A stretch of 63,690 nucleotides of DNA, counting the filler, from Asterionella formosa (lineage: Eukaryota), in the NCBI GenBank assembly GCA_002256025.1. It is 15 parts of 15 records of this genome, joined end to end, with 100 filler letters (N's around TTAATTAATTAA, not from the genome) between each part and the next. Parts side by side here need not be neighbours in the genome. Positions count along the whole stretch, not along the records: positions 62,657 to 63,690 come from NKIB01004809.1; 14 more parts are not named here. One strand, written 5' to 3'. The stretch's first letter is position 1. Each line of letters starts with the position of its first letter. This document shows, piece after piece, positions 62,782-63,690 of this stretch. The notes below the pieces were generated by a model. The model did not search any database and was not told where the DNA came from. It saw only the letters and a list, made by a program, of their open reading frames with translations. The position numbers were made by a program, and so were the translations under genes.

Positions 62782-63690
62782 TCAATACATGAACTTGTCG
62801 CACAAATACTCTCGTGTAATTTGGGGTAATGGCTTCGTCAGCACATCAGCCAAATTAGTCTTTCCATCTTCCTTCGTTACCCGAATCATCCCTGCCGCCA
62901 CAGCTTCTCTCGCTCTGTGATACGCTATCGCATTATGTTTCTTTTTCAAAGTCGATTCTGGATGAATCGTGTTCTTCGTCACCGCCTCGTTGTCGCAGAA
63001 AACGTTAGTTGGTCCATCGATTGGGATTCCAAACATTCTCAGCTTATACCTCAATGCCTCGATCAGTTCGACCGAGATCTTCAAAGCCACAAATTCGCTA
63101 CCAAACGTCGATGTCTCGACAGTGTTCTGTCGCTTACTGTACCATATAATTGGAGCCCGATTCACAAAAATCAGTATCCCGGTCTGCGAGCGCCTCGTCA
63201 CCCGATTCCCTGCATGATCCGCATCCACAAAACAGTGAGTAGTTACAACATTACCTCTGGGCTCGGGTGCGTCCCCTGGAATAGACTCCTGCGCTCCCCT
63301 GTAAAAGTCGTACCAATCGCATTTAACAAACCTGGACTCGTTTATATCGGGGTGTGTCGGATCAAAGATCAACGTCCTCTTGGGTTTCGCTTTCAAATAT
63401 CCGAACATGTGATATACCTGTTGTAAGTGTCCGCTCCTCGGCAACGCTAGGTGAGTAGATAACATAGAAACTTCCATAGCAATGTCTATTCGTCCAAGCT
63501 CCACTGCCCAGCGGAGCACGCCGATCAATTCCTGGTAGTATCTCACGCCTTCAATCTTGAGTTCGGCAGAAATATCCAGTTCCGGTCTATAATTCCCCTG
63601 CAATGGGGTAGTGCACCTCGTTGGAAGCCGCTGACCCGACTCGTCGAGTTTGAACTCTACGTTGGCGATGGCCGCCTTGACATACTGCTC
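62782..63690 (-). mobile_element. Copia pol C-terminus (RT end + RNase H), intact frame, continuing beyond the window
   Basis: YQELIGVLRWAVELGRIDI, FVDADHAG, SKRQNTVETSTFGSEF, CDNEAV, KKKHNAIAYH, NLADVLTKPL. Confidence 0.95.

Overview
Eukaryotic nuclear DNA, almost certainly from a diatom. The evidence is GT-AG introns of about 70-250 nt, ASAFAP-type bipartite plastid targeting signals, a fucoxanthin-chlorophyll protein and CoDi-like Copia elements. The window is a scaffold of contigs joined by artificial 100-nt spacers (N44-TTAATTAATTAA-N44). Gene islands hold an LHC/FCP antenna gene, a Rab GTPase, a two-pore K+ channel with EF-hands, plastid TatA/B, pescadillo (PES1/NOP7), TGS1, a 929-aa secreted Pro/Ser/Lys-rich protein and several unannotated proteins. 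They are separated by TE-rich DNA: a full-length decayed Gypsy element (17382-22463, TSD CCAGG) with a solo LTR and fragments, three Copia segments, two Copia-type solo LTRs, several MITEs, and mariner, Plavaka-like and MULE remnants. Most notable: (1) a dispersed palindromic GTACCWGGTAC/TACCGGTA motif that is the exact insertion site of two Gypsy copies (TSD CCWGG) and borders CWG-TSD MITEs; (2) a Copia whose gag and pol are in frame and separated by one TGA (candidate readthrough); (3) a Gypsy with no tRNA PBS and a candidate self-priming/-1 frameshift design; (4) a modular KxxK-rich cell-wall/adhesion candidate. All family calls come from motif recognition by eye; no searches were run.
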